DNA of 64,000 nucleotides from Felis catus (taxonomy: Eukaryota): positions 139,626,001-139,690,000 of the forward strand of contig NC_058368.1 of assembly GCF_018350175.1 (NCBI RefSeq), written 5' to 3'. Shown here one piece after another: positions 40,972 to 53,966 of this stretch (position 1 is its first letter; every line of letters starts with the position of its first letter). A program made the translations under genes and the position numbers. Under the pieces are notes generated by a model, which saw only the letters and a program-made list of their open reading frames with translations, was not told the origin of the DNA and searched no databases.

Positions 40972-41210
40972 GAGGTGCCTGGGGGCTCCATCAACTAAGC
41001 GTCCATTTTCAGGTCAGGTCATGATCTCGTGGTTTGCAAGTTCGAGCCCTGTATCAGGCTCTGTACTGACAGCGCAGAGCCTGAAGCCTGTTTCAGATTC
41101 TGTGTCTCCTTCTCTGCTCTTCCCCCGCAGACACACCCTCTCTCTCTCTCTCTCAAAAATAAATAAACATTAAAAAAAATTTTTTTAAATGTGGCAGTAC
41201 CCCCCCCAAA
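40972..41210 (+). mobile_element. Can-SINE with extra 3' sequence
   Basis: 21-bp TSD AAGAGAATAAATTGAAGTCTA (40951-40971, 41211-41231). Confidence 0.92.
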
Positions 41211-41520
41211 AAGAGAATAAATTGAAGTCTAAGCAACTGAGCTTATATATTGTCTCAACACACATACAACACCTCCCAACATATAATCAATAATTGCTTC
41301 ATTCAAACACAATTGCAATTAACACAAGTGAGTTTATCTCACTCTTCCCAAAACCAAGCTGTGCCCCCACTGAGAACGCACACAATAGAAGGAAGCCAAC
41401 ATCAGAAAGGAAAACATCAAGGAAAATGTAGGTGGACCTCATACTTTACCATGTCAACATTCATTGTTAAGGACAGAAAATATACCAAAAAGTAAAATGG
41501 CACTTATACCTGTCTTGGTT

Positions 41521-41890
41521 TGTCTTAGTTCTTTGGGATTCTATAACACAAAAACCATAAAGTGGGTAGCTTAAACAGAAATTTCTCACAGTTCTGGAGG
41601 CTACAAGTCCAGATCAGTGCCAGCATGGTGGGGTGTTTGTCAGGGCCCTCTTTCTGGTTTGCAGATGGTTGCCTTCTAGCTGTGTCCTCACGTGGAGAAG
41701 AAGGAGAGCTCTCTGGTCTCTTCATCCCCTCATAAGGATGCCAATGTCATCATGTAGACTTCAGTGTCATGACCTCATCTAAACCCAATTATCTCCCAAA
41801 GGCCCTGCCCCACCTCTGATTACTATCACAATGAGAATTAAGGCTTCAACACATGAAGTTGGGGAGGACACAAACATTCAGCCCAAAGCA
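41521..41890 (-). mobile_element. MaLR solo LTR (MLT1A-like)
   Basis: TGTCTTAGTT...CTCACAGTTCTGGAGGCT...ATTATCTCCCAAAGGCCC...GGAGGACACAAACATTCAG. Confidence 0.88.
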
Positions 41891-43156
41891 TCCATTATCT
41901 GCCAAAATAACCTTATAGGAACAAGAGGCATAAATCCACAAAGAAAAAAAAAAAAGAAAAGTTTTCAACAAAATTTAAAAGTAGAATGCAGTAACTGACT
42001 CAGCAGGCTTGAAAAAAAACTGAAAATTAAACATCTACAAGAAAAAAGAAGGCAAAAGAATCAAGCCAGTTTGTATGCAATTATGGAAAAGCAAGGGAAC
42101 TGGAAGCATCAGGTAGCCATAAAGGTAAAGGCAAGGGTGGAGCTGAAAACAAAACTGACCAAGAGTTATTAAAAGGTAAACTAGATCCCTGGAATCCCAA
42201 GCATTGGTGACTGCTCACCTACCACTGTACAGTGTTAGAAGCCCCACCCTTGGCCCTCAGAGAGATGGTATGAGACAGGTGTAAGAAGTAGGGACAGTCT
42301 TACACAGCAGTGGGTGTGGGGTGTAGGGAAAGGGAAAAAAAAGCAAATCAGAAAGTATTTATACTAAAGATCTTTCCCCTACTTGACTCCCAGAAACCTA
42401 GCACTCACACTCTCTCCTTCCATCCTCTTCTGTCTATAGGAAGATTCTTCCATGAGAAAATTTAGTCCAAGAAAAAAAACATATAGTAATGATATTTAAG
42501 GGTTTCACACCCAGGCACTTAATTGGTATGAAAGTTCTAAACCATGAAGATAAATAAAAATTTATCTTTCAAACCTGGGAGATATGCATCAGTAAAATGA
42601 GGGAGTAACAAAGAGAAGCAAGAAGTATTTGAGATCCATGAAAAGAAGAAGCAAAGGGACTTCCCAAGAAGACAATAAGGAAAATTCCAGAAGCAGCATT
42701 ATAGAAAAGACCCAAAAGTCTAGAACAGTACCACAGGATACTTTAGAAGAGATTTCTCTGGTGCTGGCACAAGTAGAATGAAAGACTATCTGAAAGGTTA
42801 AAGTCAGTGGACAGAGTGTAAGAAGACATAGAAACTCAAAGTCAACTACAATTTTAGTGAACTTCATATTGCTTATTTATTTACTTGTTGATGGACAATT
42901 GCTTTCACTTCTTGGTTATTTTGAATAAATTTGTTGTGAAAATTCATACCTTTGTAGGGACATACATTTTCACTTCTCTTGACCTAGAGTGGAATGCCTG
43001 GCTTATAAAGTAACTATATATTTAAGGAACTGCCAAAAATTAGTTGTATCATTTTACATTCTCACCAGCAGCCTATCAAAGTCCAGTTACTCCTCATCCT
43101 TGCTTGGGTTTACTTCTGGACTTTGTTCTGTTCCATTGACCTATATGTCTACTCTT

Positions 43157-43275
43157 GGGGCACCTGGCTGGCTCAGTCAGTAGAGCAGGCAACTCTTGAT
43201 CTGGGGGTTGTAAGTTTGAGCCCCGCGCTGGGTGTAGAGATTACTTAAAAATAAAATCCTTAAAAAAAAAAAAAA
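43157..43275 (+). mobile_element. Short Can-SINE
   Basis: TSD GTCTA(C/T)TCTT. Confidence 0.9.
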
Positions 43276-44348
43276 GAAGTCTATTCTTACTCCCAACACC
43301 AAATTATTGCTGCCCAATAGTCTTGAAATCATGTAGTGTATGTCTTCAAACTCTACTCCCCTTTTAAAACCTATTTGGGCTAATCTAGGTAGTTTGCATT
43401 TCACATTGTATTTCCAAGAACATTTAGTACCAGGTTGCAGGAATTCCATAGATTTTTCTATAGATTAATATGGAAAGGTGTGACCTCTTAACAATACTGA
43501 GCCTTCTAATCCATGGACATTTCTCCAGTTATTCATGTCTTCTTTAATTTCTCTCAATAATCTCACGTAGCCTGTATTATACATGTCCAATCTATAATGC
43601 AGGACTGATTCCTAAGTCTTGTTATGTTACTGTACATGGAATTGTTTTTCAAATTTCACTGCTTATGGTATATAATAGATCTCATAATTGTATATTAACC
43701 GTATATTCTATGATTTTGCAAAATTCACTTAGTACTTCCAACACCTAAAACACCTATTTTACACCTAAAAATATCTACAAAACCTTGATGCTACTGCAAA
43801 GTTTTTCTTCTGGCTTTCTGATCTTTATGCCCTTTTAGATCTTTTTTCTTGCCATACTGAAATGACTAGGATGACCAATACAATGTTAAAACTGAAGTGA
43901 TAAGGGCACATACATTCTTGCCCTGACCCTAATCTTAGGAGAAAAGCATAAAATATTTCACCATTGAGCATGATGTTAAACTATGTGTTTTTGTAGATGC
44001 GCTTCATTAGGCTGATGTTCCTTTCTACTTCTAGTTCCCTAAGAATTTTTTTTTTCAATTTAAATGAATATTAGGATTTTGTCAAAACCTTTTTGATCTA
44101 TTGAAATTTGTTATGAATTTTTGTCTTTAGTTTGTTAAAATGGTGTATTACATCAGGGAAATACAAATCAGGAAACAATGAGATACCACCTCAAACCTGT
44201 CAGAATGACTAAAATTAACAACTCAAGAAACAAAAGATGTTGGCGAGGATAGGGAGAAAGGAGAATACTTTTGCACTGCTGGTGGGAACGCAAACTGATG
44301 CAGCTACTCTGGAAAAAAGTATGGAGGTTCCTCAAATAATTAAAAATA

Positions 44349-44546
44349 GGAGCACCTGGGAGGCTCAGTTGGTTAAGTGTCCAACTGGATTTGGGCTCAG
44401 GACATGCTCTCATGGTTTGTGAGATCAAGCCCTGCACTGGGTTCCACAATGATGGCATAGAGCCTGCTTGGGATTCTCTCTCCCCTCTATCCCTTTCCTG
44501 CTCATGCTTTCTCTCTCTCTGAAAAAACAAAACAAAACAAATTTTT
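44349..44546 (+). mobile_element. Can-SINE nested in L1
   Basis: Interrupts L1 AAAAATAGAGCTACC with AAATAG duplicated. Confidence 0.9.
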
Positions 44547-44700
44547 AAATAGAGCTACCCTATGACCCAGCATTTGCACTATTAGGTATTATCTTAAGGG
44601 GCACATGCACCCCAATGTTTATAGCAGTGCTATCAACAAAAGCCAAATTATGGAAAGAGCCCAAATGTCCATTGACTGATGAATGGATAAAGATGTGGTA

Positions 44701-45359
44701 TAAAACCTTAGTTTGTGAGCATAATTTGTTCAGGAAACATGCTTGTAATCCAAAGCACTTGCATATCAAAGTGAATTTCCCCACAAGAAATAATGGAAAC
44801 TCAGATGATTCGTTCTACAACCCAAAAATACCCATAAAAAATGATGACAATATTGTAATACAAAATATAGAGAAAAATAGACAAATTAACCTGCACTTAC
44901 CTTTGAAAACCTTCATGGCTGGTGTGAGGGAGACAAGAGAGAGGAGGACAACTTTCACTATCACTAACAGAATCACTGCTATTTGTTGGCTCAATGGAAT
45001 CTTTTTCTTCCTGGGGGCCACTGTATATGCTTGCACAGATGTTGACTACACTACAGTATTAATATACTCTTGTCAAATACCGTATTCAATGTAATTGGCA
45101 ATAAAGCAGCAGAGGAAAGAGTCTATATCTGCAGGCAGCCTGACTAAAATGAAGTAAAGCATTTCTAAGCTTACTCTTGTATGGAAAAGCAAAGGACTGT
45201 CCACAGATGCTTTGAAGTGACAAAAACTACACTAGTGCCATTTGTGGGCGTCTTCCAACGTACTGGAAAATCACTGATTTCTGTCAAACACCGTGGCCTG
45301 AGACGGAGTATCCAAGCATGGGAGACCATCACCCACAATTCAACAGCGAGCGAGCGAGA

Positions 45360-45401
<42 letters not shown>

Positions 45402-45558
45402 GAAGAACCACTGGTTCATTTGTGATCATGTGATGTCAGTCACGTACTACTTGTATTGCAAGACATTGTTCATTTATCAAGTTAAAATTTATTAAAAATG
45501 TTTGCCTGTCTTGTGGAACACTTGCAGAACAAGTTACTCACAATCCAAGGTTTTACTA
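44701..45558. mobile_element. Non-autonomous Tigger-type (TcMar) DNA transposon
   Basis: Terminal inverted repeats TAAAACCTTAGTTTGTGAGCATAATTTGTTC and GAACAAGTTACTCACAATCCAAGGTTTTA; TA on both flanks; L1 continues on either side. Confidence 0.82.
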
Positions 45559-46055
45559 TACAATGGAATAAAAAAATGAAATCTTGCCATTTGCAACAAC
45601 ATGGGTGGAACTAGAATTTATTATACTAAGCAAAATAAGACAGTCAGTGAAAGATAAATATTGTATGATTTCACTCATATGTAGAATTTAAGAAACAAAA
45701 TAGATGAACACAGGGAAGGGAAGGAAAAGTAATATAAAAAGAGGCAAGCAAACCACAAGAGACTCTTAAATACAGAGAACAAACAGGGTTGCTGGAGGGG
45801 TATTAGGTGAGGGTGGGCTAAATGGGTGATGGGCATTAGGGAGGGCACTTGTTGGGATGAGCAGTGGGTGTTTTCTACTGAAACCATTATTACAGTATAT
45901 GTTAACCAACTTGGCTTTAAATAAAATTAAAAAACTGGTGAATTATAATGATTGATTTGCTACATTAAATTAACCTCTAATTCCTAAGATAAAGTACATT
46001 TGTTTGTTCATTATATATAATCCACTTTTTTGTTTCTGTCCTGAGGGTGCAGGCA

Positions 46056-46241
46056 GTGCAACATGCCTGGAGGAACTGCAATACAAGGTCGATGTGTGGA
46101 GTGGATGGAAGAACCTCCTATTCCATCTCCCTGCTCCAAAAATCCATTTACTATATTGTCCGTGGATAGAGGATGTATCAAATATTAAACTGATAAGAAT
46201 AGATATTACACATAATCTTAGCCAAAAGGCTGAGAAGTTAT
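46056..46241 (-). pseudogene. Full-length U2 snRNA retrocopy
   Basis: Minus strand reads ATAACTTCTCAGCCTTTTGGCTAAGAT...TTCTTATCAGTTTAATAT...GGATTTTTGGAGCAGGGAGATGGAATAGGAG...TATTGCAGTTCCTCCAGG, colinear with vertebrate U2 with many substitutions; A-rich tail; embedded in old L1. Confidence 0.93.
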
Positions 46242-47102
46242 ACATAATTCTTCTACTATTGATTTGCTAATATTTTATAAAAGAATATGGTATCTATGTC
46301 TACCAGAGAGCTCTAATATTCTTGTGATGTCTTCATCAGGTTTAGGTTTCACAGCTACGCTGTGTAGGAAAGTGTAGGAAAGAGTTTGTACAAGATTGGA
46401 ACTATTTCTTTGGATGTATTAAACAACATACCAGGGAAATCATGTGGACAGGTTTTCTTGGTAGGGAGATATTAAGTTCAGGTTTTTAGATCTGGCTTAT
46501 TCAGATTTTCTGTATCTTAAAAGCATTAAAAGGGAAAAAATAATCCTATAATTACCAACACATATTCACTTTTTCTGATGTTCTTCATTAGTTCCTAAAG
46601 ATCTGTTTACCTCTGGTGTATTTCTCTCCAGCTTGAAAAAGTTCCCTTAGCATCTCTTGTAGCACAGGTCGTCTGCCCACAAGTTCTCTTAGTTTTCCTT
46701 TATCTAAAAATATCTTTATTTCACTTCATTTTTGAAGAGTATCTTCACTGAATCCATTATAAGATGTCTTCTAGCCTCCATGATCTCTAAGGAGAAGTAT
46801 ACAGTAGTTTGAATGTCCCCATTTATGTGTCATTTTTCTATAGCTAAGTTCAGGATTTTTTATCTTTGGTTTTCAACAGTTTGACTATGATGTATCCGGT
46901 TTCAATCTGTCCTATTGTCGGTTGAGCTTCTCAAATATATAAATTTATATTCTTCACCAAATTTGGAAAGTTGTAGTATAATTTCTTCAAATATTTTTTC
47001 ACTTTCTTTTCTCTCTGAAGACTCCTAAAACCCATTTAATTCTGCTCATTTAAAATAAAACAAAGCAAAACAAAATAAAAATTGGGTTAAGAATGACTAC
47101 TT

Positions 47103-47296
47103 GGGGGTGCCTAAGTGGCTCAGTGAATTAAGCATTTGACTTTGGCTCAGGACATGATCTCATGGCTTGTGAATTTAAGCCCCACATCAGGCTCTGTACT
47201 GATAGCTCGGAGCCTGGAGCCTGCTTTGGACTCGGTGTCTTCCCCTCTCTTTGTCCTTCCCCTGCCTCTCGAAAATGAATAAACATTAAAAAAAAA
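47103..47296 (+). mobile_element. Can-SINE
   Basis: TSD AATGACT(A/T)CTT. Confidence 0.9.
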
Positions 47297-48817
47297 TGAC
47301 TTCTTTTGATGTATATTCAAAATCCTAATTATTTTCTGTCATCTCTACTATAAATTCCAGACAGTGAATGGTTTTTATTTCAGATATCATTCTTCATGGT
47401 TCTAAAATTCCTATCAGTTCTATGTTTTCTTTTTCTCTGCTGAAATGGTCTACCTTTTCATTCATTACAAGCCTATTTTCTTTTACCTCGCACAAACATA
47501 CAACCTGCTTTAAAATCCTTACCAAATAATTCATCTTGCTCATCTTGAATTTGGCCTTGGTTCATGTCTTTTCCCTTGAGAATGTGCTGTAATTTCCTGG
47601 CTTTTTGTATCTTGAGTAATTTTGAGTTGACCCTGAAAACTGTGAATGTTAGGTTGTGAACTCTGGATTGTTTTACTCTGAAAAATTCTGTTTTTGTTTC
47701 AGCAGGCAATTAACATGCTCAGACCCAAATTGCTAATTCTGTCATGTGTTCAATGGGCAGCAGCTAGGGTCTCAGTTTAGAGTACTTTCAGTCTGGCCTG
47801 TGCACACACAAATGAAAGGTCAGGTACAAATTTGGACTGAGTTTTACATTTGGGTTCCCTTTCTCTGGCTCTTTTTTTCTGGATTATCTCCTCACTAACT
47901 ACATTCCTTCTCTTGGTACCTACAGTTAAAAAAATGGCAAATGTTCTTGAAAGCAGCTTTAGCTCCCCCACATCTCTCCCATGGTGGCAGTGACTCAGAT
48001 CACATTTTAAGACTACTTTCTATCTGTCTCCCACATACATTGTTTAGGAGTCAACCAGAGACTTGGGTAGACTTTTTACACAACTTTGAGTTGCCCTTCT
48101 CTGGTTTCTCCTCTGTGGATTCCCTACTCATTTTCCATCAGCCCTGGTTGTACCACAACCTTTGTCAGGTTCTGTTGGTCAGGAAGATGCCTGGCTGGTT
48201 TTTCTGTTTAGTTTTAGCCACCTAGTACCACCACAATCGAGATTTCACCCTTATTCTACTCATTGCCAAATATCCTGTCCAATGCTCACTGAAGTTAAAG
48301 ACAAAATTATCTAAGCTGAGCATCTAATTTTTTTTACCAATAAATGCAAAATATTAAAATATCTTTGTTCAACCAGAAAATAAAGCCTACCAGATTCAAA
48401 TAAAATACATCAAACATTGCTCTAAATTACAAGTAAGAGAAACTGATGCTTGCTCACTGAAGAAGTTTCTTTTGAAAGTATCAGGCAGCTCATATTGCTA
48501 AGAAATATAAATAAACGAGGTCAGAAAATGGAAAGGAGCCAGGGGAGACTAGGTAAGAGAGTGAACTCTGAGACTGCACCCCACGGTGTCAACTGTACAG
48601 ACAGGCCGCTTCCTCTTCTGGACCCTGGAAGCCACTAGTGGCACTGCTGCTCCTAGAAACTGGATGCTGCAGTTGCCAATATTATCATAAGAAAAACTTT
48701 CTGTCATTGCTTCTCTTTAAGATCCTGCTTCACAATCAAGGTAGGGCTGGGGGAGACAAGGGGCAGTAGAGGTGGGGGAGGGTATGTATCAGCAGCCTGA
48801 TTACCTAGGCCTAATTC

Positions 48818-48975
48818 ACATGTAATATGTATAAAATGTAATAACATAATATACATAATAGATAACATATAAAACATATAATGTATATAATATATAATAA
48901 TTCATTAATAATATATAATATACATAACAATAACATATTATATGTAATAATATATAACATAATATGTATAATCAT
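48818..48975. repeat. AT-rich low-complexity tract
   Basis: Degenerate ATATA/ATAAC repeats. Confidence 0.85.
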
Positions 48976-49129
48976 GTAAAAAGGGGAGTTGATGGGCTGG
49001 AGGGATGCTAGGGTGAGAGGGGAAAATGAGACTCTGGCTTTTGCAGATTCACTGAGAAGACCTATTCAGACTCATAGCAGGGAATTCTTTAAAAGCTCAT
49101 TTGATAATGAGCTTGCCACTTCTTATTAA

Positions 49130-49944
49130 CCATATCGGCTCTCTTAAATCCACCCTTCTATACTATTTTATGCTACTGGGACTGGGATATGGCAAAATAC
49201 ATTTCTCCTCTATTAGTCTTCTTTGTTGGTTCAGTAGGGCACCATTCTAGCCAGAGATTGGAAGCCAGAAGGAAGGCAGAAAAAGCCTGTGTTTTTTGTT
49301 ACATACTGTTTTCATCAACATTTGTCTAGCAAAGGTCCTTAGTCCTGGAAATGGTAGTCAGTTCTGGGCTCCAGCCTCTTTTAGAACCCCCTGAACTAGC
49401 TGGCCACCTCAGATGTACCAGCATCAACTGTGCAAGGGCCACTTACTAGATACGTGAAGTGGAGCTCTACAGCATTCCCCTTCAAACTACTAAGATATTA
49501 ATACCAACTACACTGGGTATAATCCTTCTTCTAGATGTCACAGTGCATTTCCTCTAAGCTTCTGAGATAGCAGATGAACAGTGTTCCCATCTCCAGATGC
49601 CTGAGTCTCAGCTTCTGAAAGTACTAACCAGGCAGTCCTTTCAACTCAGATGTTTAAGCCTCAGTCCCAAAAGGCTCCTGGGATACTGGTACCAGCACCA
49701 GTGGGCAACCCTTTCTCTTCAGAAGTCCAACTCCCAACTCAGCGGGGCTCTCCCTCCAACTTCTAAGTTCAGATAACCCCAACCTCGTCCCTTCGTTCCT
49801 CTGACCCAAGGAATAAAAGCTGGTTCCTGCAGTTACTACCTATGCACTACCCACAAAGTGTTTCTTTTGTTTAGTTCTAAACACTTCCTGGCTGAAAAAT
49901 CTACAGCGATTTCTGGTTCCATGAGTGGACATCTGAATGATACA
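49130..49944 (-). mobile_element. Ancient ERVL-class LTR (LTR33/LTR41-like)
   Basis: AAATCCACCCTTCTATAC...CTGGGACTGGGA...ACATTTCTCCT start, ...CTGAATGATACA end. Confidence 0.55.
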
Positions 49945-50244
49945 ATAAGCAGTCCAAAAATGGCAAATGTTCATTTCCTAATGGAGTAGAAGATATCCAT
50001 TCAAAAACAGTATTTCCAAAGTCTGGAAAGTGAACAACTTAATATGTGGGAAGATACAAAGAGGTTACAAAAGCACACATAAAATGTGAGCCCAAACATA
50101 CTGTTCAGGCATGTGTGATTACATACATATGTGGTTAAACATATGTGATTAGAGACTGTGTACAAGAGTCCCTGATAGGTACACCAGTATAATTCCGGCC
50201 CTAGGACAGTGACTGACTTTGAACAAATATTTATTTACTGAATG

Positions 50245-50960
50245 CGGAGACCAAAATTCAGAAAACTAAGGTCCACACAAAATCATGCACATCATTGTTC
50301 ATGAGACCTTTATTAGTAACAGCCTATCAATTGCAAGCAAACCAAATGTCCTTTGATTAGTTCTGGTTACACAAACTATGGTACATATACTACTTAGCAA
50401 TAAAAGGAACATATTATTGACATATTCAATAGCCTGGTGCATCTTACTCATACTGAGGAAAAAAGCCAATCTCACAAGGTAATATACTGTGTGATTCCAT
50501 TTATATAAAATTTTCAAAAGGATAAAAGTACGGAACTGACGAAAAGATGAGTGGTTGTAGGGGTTAGGAATGAGAGAGAAGGCTGGAAGGAGAGGAGAGA
50601 GATAGAAGAGCCTATAAAAGGGGTAGAATGAGGGACCTTTGTGGTGATGCAACAGTTCTCTATTTTTACTGTAATGGTGGTTACAAGAATCTTTGCAAGT
50701 GATAAAACTGCATACAACTACATACACATGTGCATGCATGCACACAGACATACACACAAATGAGTACACGTAAACCTGGTAAAATGTGAATACGGTCTGT
50801 GGATTGTACCAATATCAACTTCTGGGTTTTGAACTGTACTACAGCTATGTAAGATCTTACGATGCAGGGAAACTGGATGAAGGATAAATAAAACCTCTGG
50901 TTCCATTTCTGCAAGTTTCTGTGTAAGTACAATTATTTCAAATTTAAAGTTTTTTTAAAG
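50245..50960 (+). mobile_element. Old L1MC/D 3' end
   Basis: ATACTGTGTGATTCCATTTATATAAAAT...GGATTGTACCAATATCAAC. Confidence 0.75.
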
Positions 50961-51469
50961 TGAAAAGAAAAAGATATTCAACAAAATGTTCAAAGTGGAC
51001 CACATAAGATTATCATCACTTGTACAGGCCAATGACAGAGGCATTAAAGCAGGCCAGCTGGCTATATTCAGAATCTAACATAGATGGTATGATCTTGGGA
51101 AAGTCCTCAGTGTAAGGAATGAAAATAGTGCTATGTAAATGTAGAAACTATCAATGAACATAGGTATCAATGAATATATCATATGATTTACAGGGAGGAA
51201 TAAATGCTATGGTAAGCAGACATTTCCATTTTCTGGTAAATGCATTCCTTGTAAGAATTCCACCCAGAAAAATCATGATAATCTGAAAGTTTTAGCAGAG
51301 AATCAAAATGAGGAGAATCAAGTTGGAAGATTTTTAGGGGCGAATAATGAACCAAGCTTAATTCAATGTTTTTTCCAACTTTCTTTTTAAGTCATAGAAC
51401 CCTCGTCCACCTCCCCACCCTTCAAATCTTAACCATAACATTTACATATAAAAAAAAGCAGGCAGGTAT

Positions 51470-52100
51470 CTGTGCCTCTAGTGAGATATACCCTGAGAAG
51501 GACACCACATCATTTTAGTGTATTTTGCCAAGGATGCATAACCTGAATCAAATCACAAAGAAACATCAAGTCCTAAACGAAAAACATTCTAGAAAATAAC
51601 TTGTCCAGAGTCTTCAAAAATATGTTACACTAGACAAAGAAAGGCTAAGAAGCTAATTGGTCTAGATTAAAAGAAACTAAAAGAAACATGACAATAAATG
51701 CAATACACGCTGTAGACTGGATTTTGTACTGAAGGGAAAAAATATGCTACAAAGGATACTGCTGAACAATGGACAAAACTGGAATACAGACTTTAAATTA
51801 GAAAAAAGATATTACTACATGAAATGTCCTGAATTTGCCAGCTATATTATGGTTATACCTGCAAAGAGAATATCTTTGCTCTTGGAAATTATACACTGAA
51901 GTATTAAGAGGAAAAGAAGTATGATATACGAAACCTACTCTCAAATGACTCAGGGAAAGATATAAGGCATGTGTACATGTGTCTAGAGAACATGATAAAA
52001 GAAACATTAAAATATTCGTGAATCTAAGTGTCCACAAGAGTTATCACATTAGTCTTACAACTTTTTATATAAAATTATTTCAAAGTAAAAAGTTAAAAAT
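51470..52100 (+). mobile_element. Old L1MC 3' end
   Basis: GCATAACCTGAATC...AGATTAAAAGAAACTAAAAGAAACATGACAA...CACTGAAGTATT. Confidence 0.7.
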
Positions 52101-52384
52101 GATACAAAAGTCTCTTTCCTTACAACATTCCTCTTTCTATCCCACTGTTAACCAAGAGCCACACATTTGACAAATGTTTAGCAAATATCATCTAACATTT
52201 TACAAAACCACTAAAATTAAAATCAAAAATTAAACATACTGGGTTGGCGGGGGAGGGAATTCTGAAGAAACAGTCAATGATATGAGGATCAAAAGATAAA
52301 TTTGCACACATACCACTTGACACATGTACATTCACGTGTCCACAAACACACACAATTTATATTGTGTAATTTATATTACACAAT

Positions 52385-53110
52385 TAAGAGCCAGGTCCTC
52401 TTTCCCTAACCTCCAAACTCTCACTTAATTGCCTCTTTTGTGTCTTTTCCTGACTATTTAAGAGGAATGTCAACACATCAAAACCTGGTCATGTGATTTG
52501 CTTCACCAAACTCTAGGCTTCTACATTTCCATAAATGGTAACCAACAGTTGCTTAGACCTGAAAGCATCCGACTCATTTCACTGAATCATATAAGGCATT
52601 CATCAACAAATCTGCAAACCTTGTCAGCTGGACCTCCAAAATAAATCTGGAATCCATTCACTTCTAATAAGCAATACTAGCTGGATCCAAACCACTGCTA
52701 TGTCTCACCTGGATTATGTGTATAATTTCTTAGGGCTGCCTAATTCTGGTTTCCTGCTTCCATCCTCCTCCTACAAACTATTCTTAACAAAGCAGCCAAA
52801 AGTGATCTTGTTACAAGGATCAAATCACTCCACTGCTCAGACTTCCATAACTTCCCTTTTCATTTCACATACAAAGTCAAAGTCCTCACAAGGACCCACA
52901 AGGCTCTACAGAATCAGGAGCATACCTCTGCCTTCTTTTCCTACTACTTTCCCCTTGTCTACAGACCATCCAGGCCTCCAGTCACACAGGCCTCCTCACA
53001 GTTCCTTCAACTAGCCATGGAGGAACTTGACAACTGCTGCTTCCTACCACGTTACCTCTTACCACATTCATTTTCCTCTTCGAGATTTCTACTCAAATAC
53101 CTCATTTCAC
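52385..53110. mobile_element. L2 fragment
   Basis: CTCCAAAATAAATCTGGAATCCATTCACTTCT...TCTCACCTGGATTA...CAGCCAAAAGTGATCTT. Confidence 0.65.
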
Positions 53111-53667
53111 CCATTATAAAATTCCCTGCCACACATACAAATTTTGTCTCTGAAATAAGGATGTCTTACAAATGGTATCAACTTGAAATGGCAATGTGAC
53201 ATATAAAATAACAGTGCATCTTAAATTTGGTGGCATCAGACTCATTAAAATACAGTAATATTTTGCCAGAAGAACCTTCCCAGACTCATCCTACAATAAA
53301 AAATGCTAAAATAATTAAAGCCACTTAATAAAAATGTTACTTTAAGAGAGCAGAACCTAAGAAAAGATTCTTAGACAAGGTCAGTTTGAATAATCTCACT
53401 GCCCTCAAATGCGTGATGTCTTTTCCAAGACTGTATTTTCCCTTTGTAACTTGCAAATCTTAAAGAAAATATATAGGTAAGCAAACTGTAAGTATTAAGT
53501 ATTCATTTCAATTTTTTTCATTTAACACACTGATTTGATATATCTCAATTTTGGGAATTTGTGAATAAACAAAATCCTGCTTTCAAAATTTACCCTGAGA
53601 TAAAGGCTGGACCATGATGCAGGCAGCCCCCAATTTCTTAATTTTTAATATGCTTTGACATTGAAAC

Positions 53668-53966
53668 CTGTGCTGTCCAATATAGTAGTCATTAGTCATG
53701 TATGGTTAGTCCGAACTAAAATGAGCTGTAAGTGTATAATACACACTGGATTTTGAAGACTTGGTAAAAAACAAAATGTAAAATATCTTAGTAATAATTT
53801 CTTATGACTGTATATTAGGATGACAATATTTTGGATATATTAAGTTAAATAAAATATAATTAATCAATCTCACTTGTTTTTCCTTTTTTGATGTGGCTAC
53901 TAGAAAATTTTCAATTACTTATATGGCTTGTATATGTGACTAACATATTTTTATTGGACAACCATG
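53668..53966. mobile_element. MER33-like hAT-Charlie element
   Basis: GTGCTGTCCAATA ... TATTGGACA inverted termini; AAGTGTATAATACACACTGGATTTTGAAGAC. Confidence 0.78.

Larger units (their letters stand above)
44151..45930 (+). mobile_element. 5'-truncated carnivore L1, interrupted by a SINE and a DNA transposon
   Basis: CATCAGGGAAATACAAATC...MFIAVLSTKAKLWKEPKCP...3'UTR; degenerate TSD AAAATGGTGTATTA / AAAACTGGTGAATTA. Confidence 0.9.
42870..47720 (-). mobile_element. Old fragmented L1M hosting younger insertions
   Basis: Scattered antisense L1 motifs (ACAATGTTAAAACTGAAGTGA, AATATTTCACCATTGAGCATGATGTTA, CTTCACCAAATTTGGAAAG). Confidence 0.7.

Noticed and set aside
44615..45094. 159-aa ORF as an L1-transposase fusion protein
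   Set aside because: L1 ORF2 C-terminus running by chance into the Tigger end; no transposase motifs recognisable
46056..46241. Functional U2 snRNA gene
   Set aside because: Mutated branch-point recognition sequence and 5' end, A-rich tail, located in L1 with no PSE or 3' box visible
45970..46270. Overlapping 91-aa and 88-aa ORFs
   Set aside because: Chance frames across the U2 retrocopy
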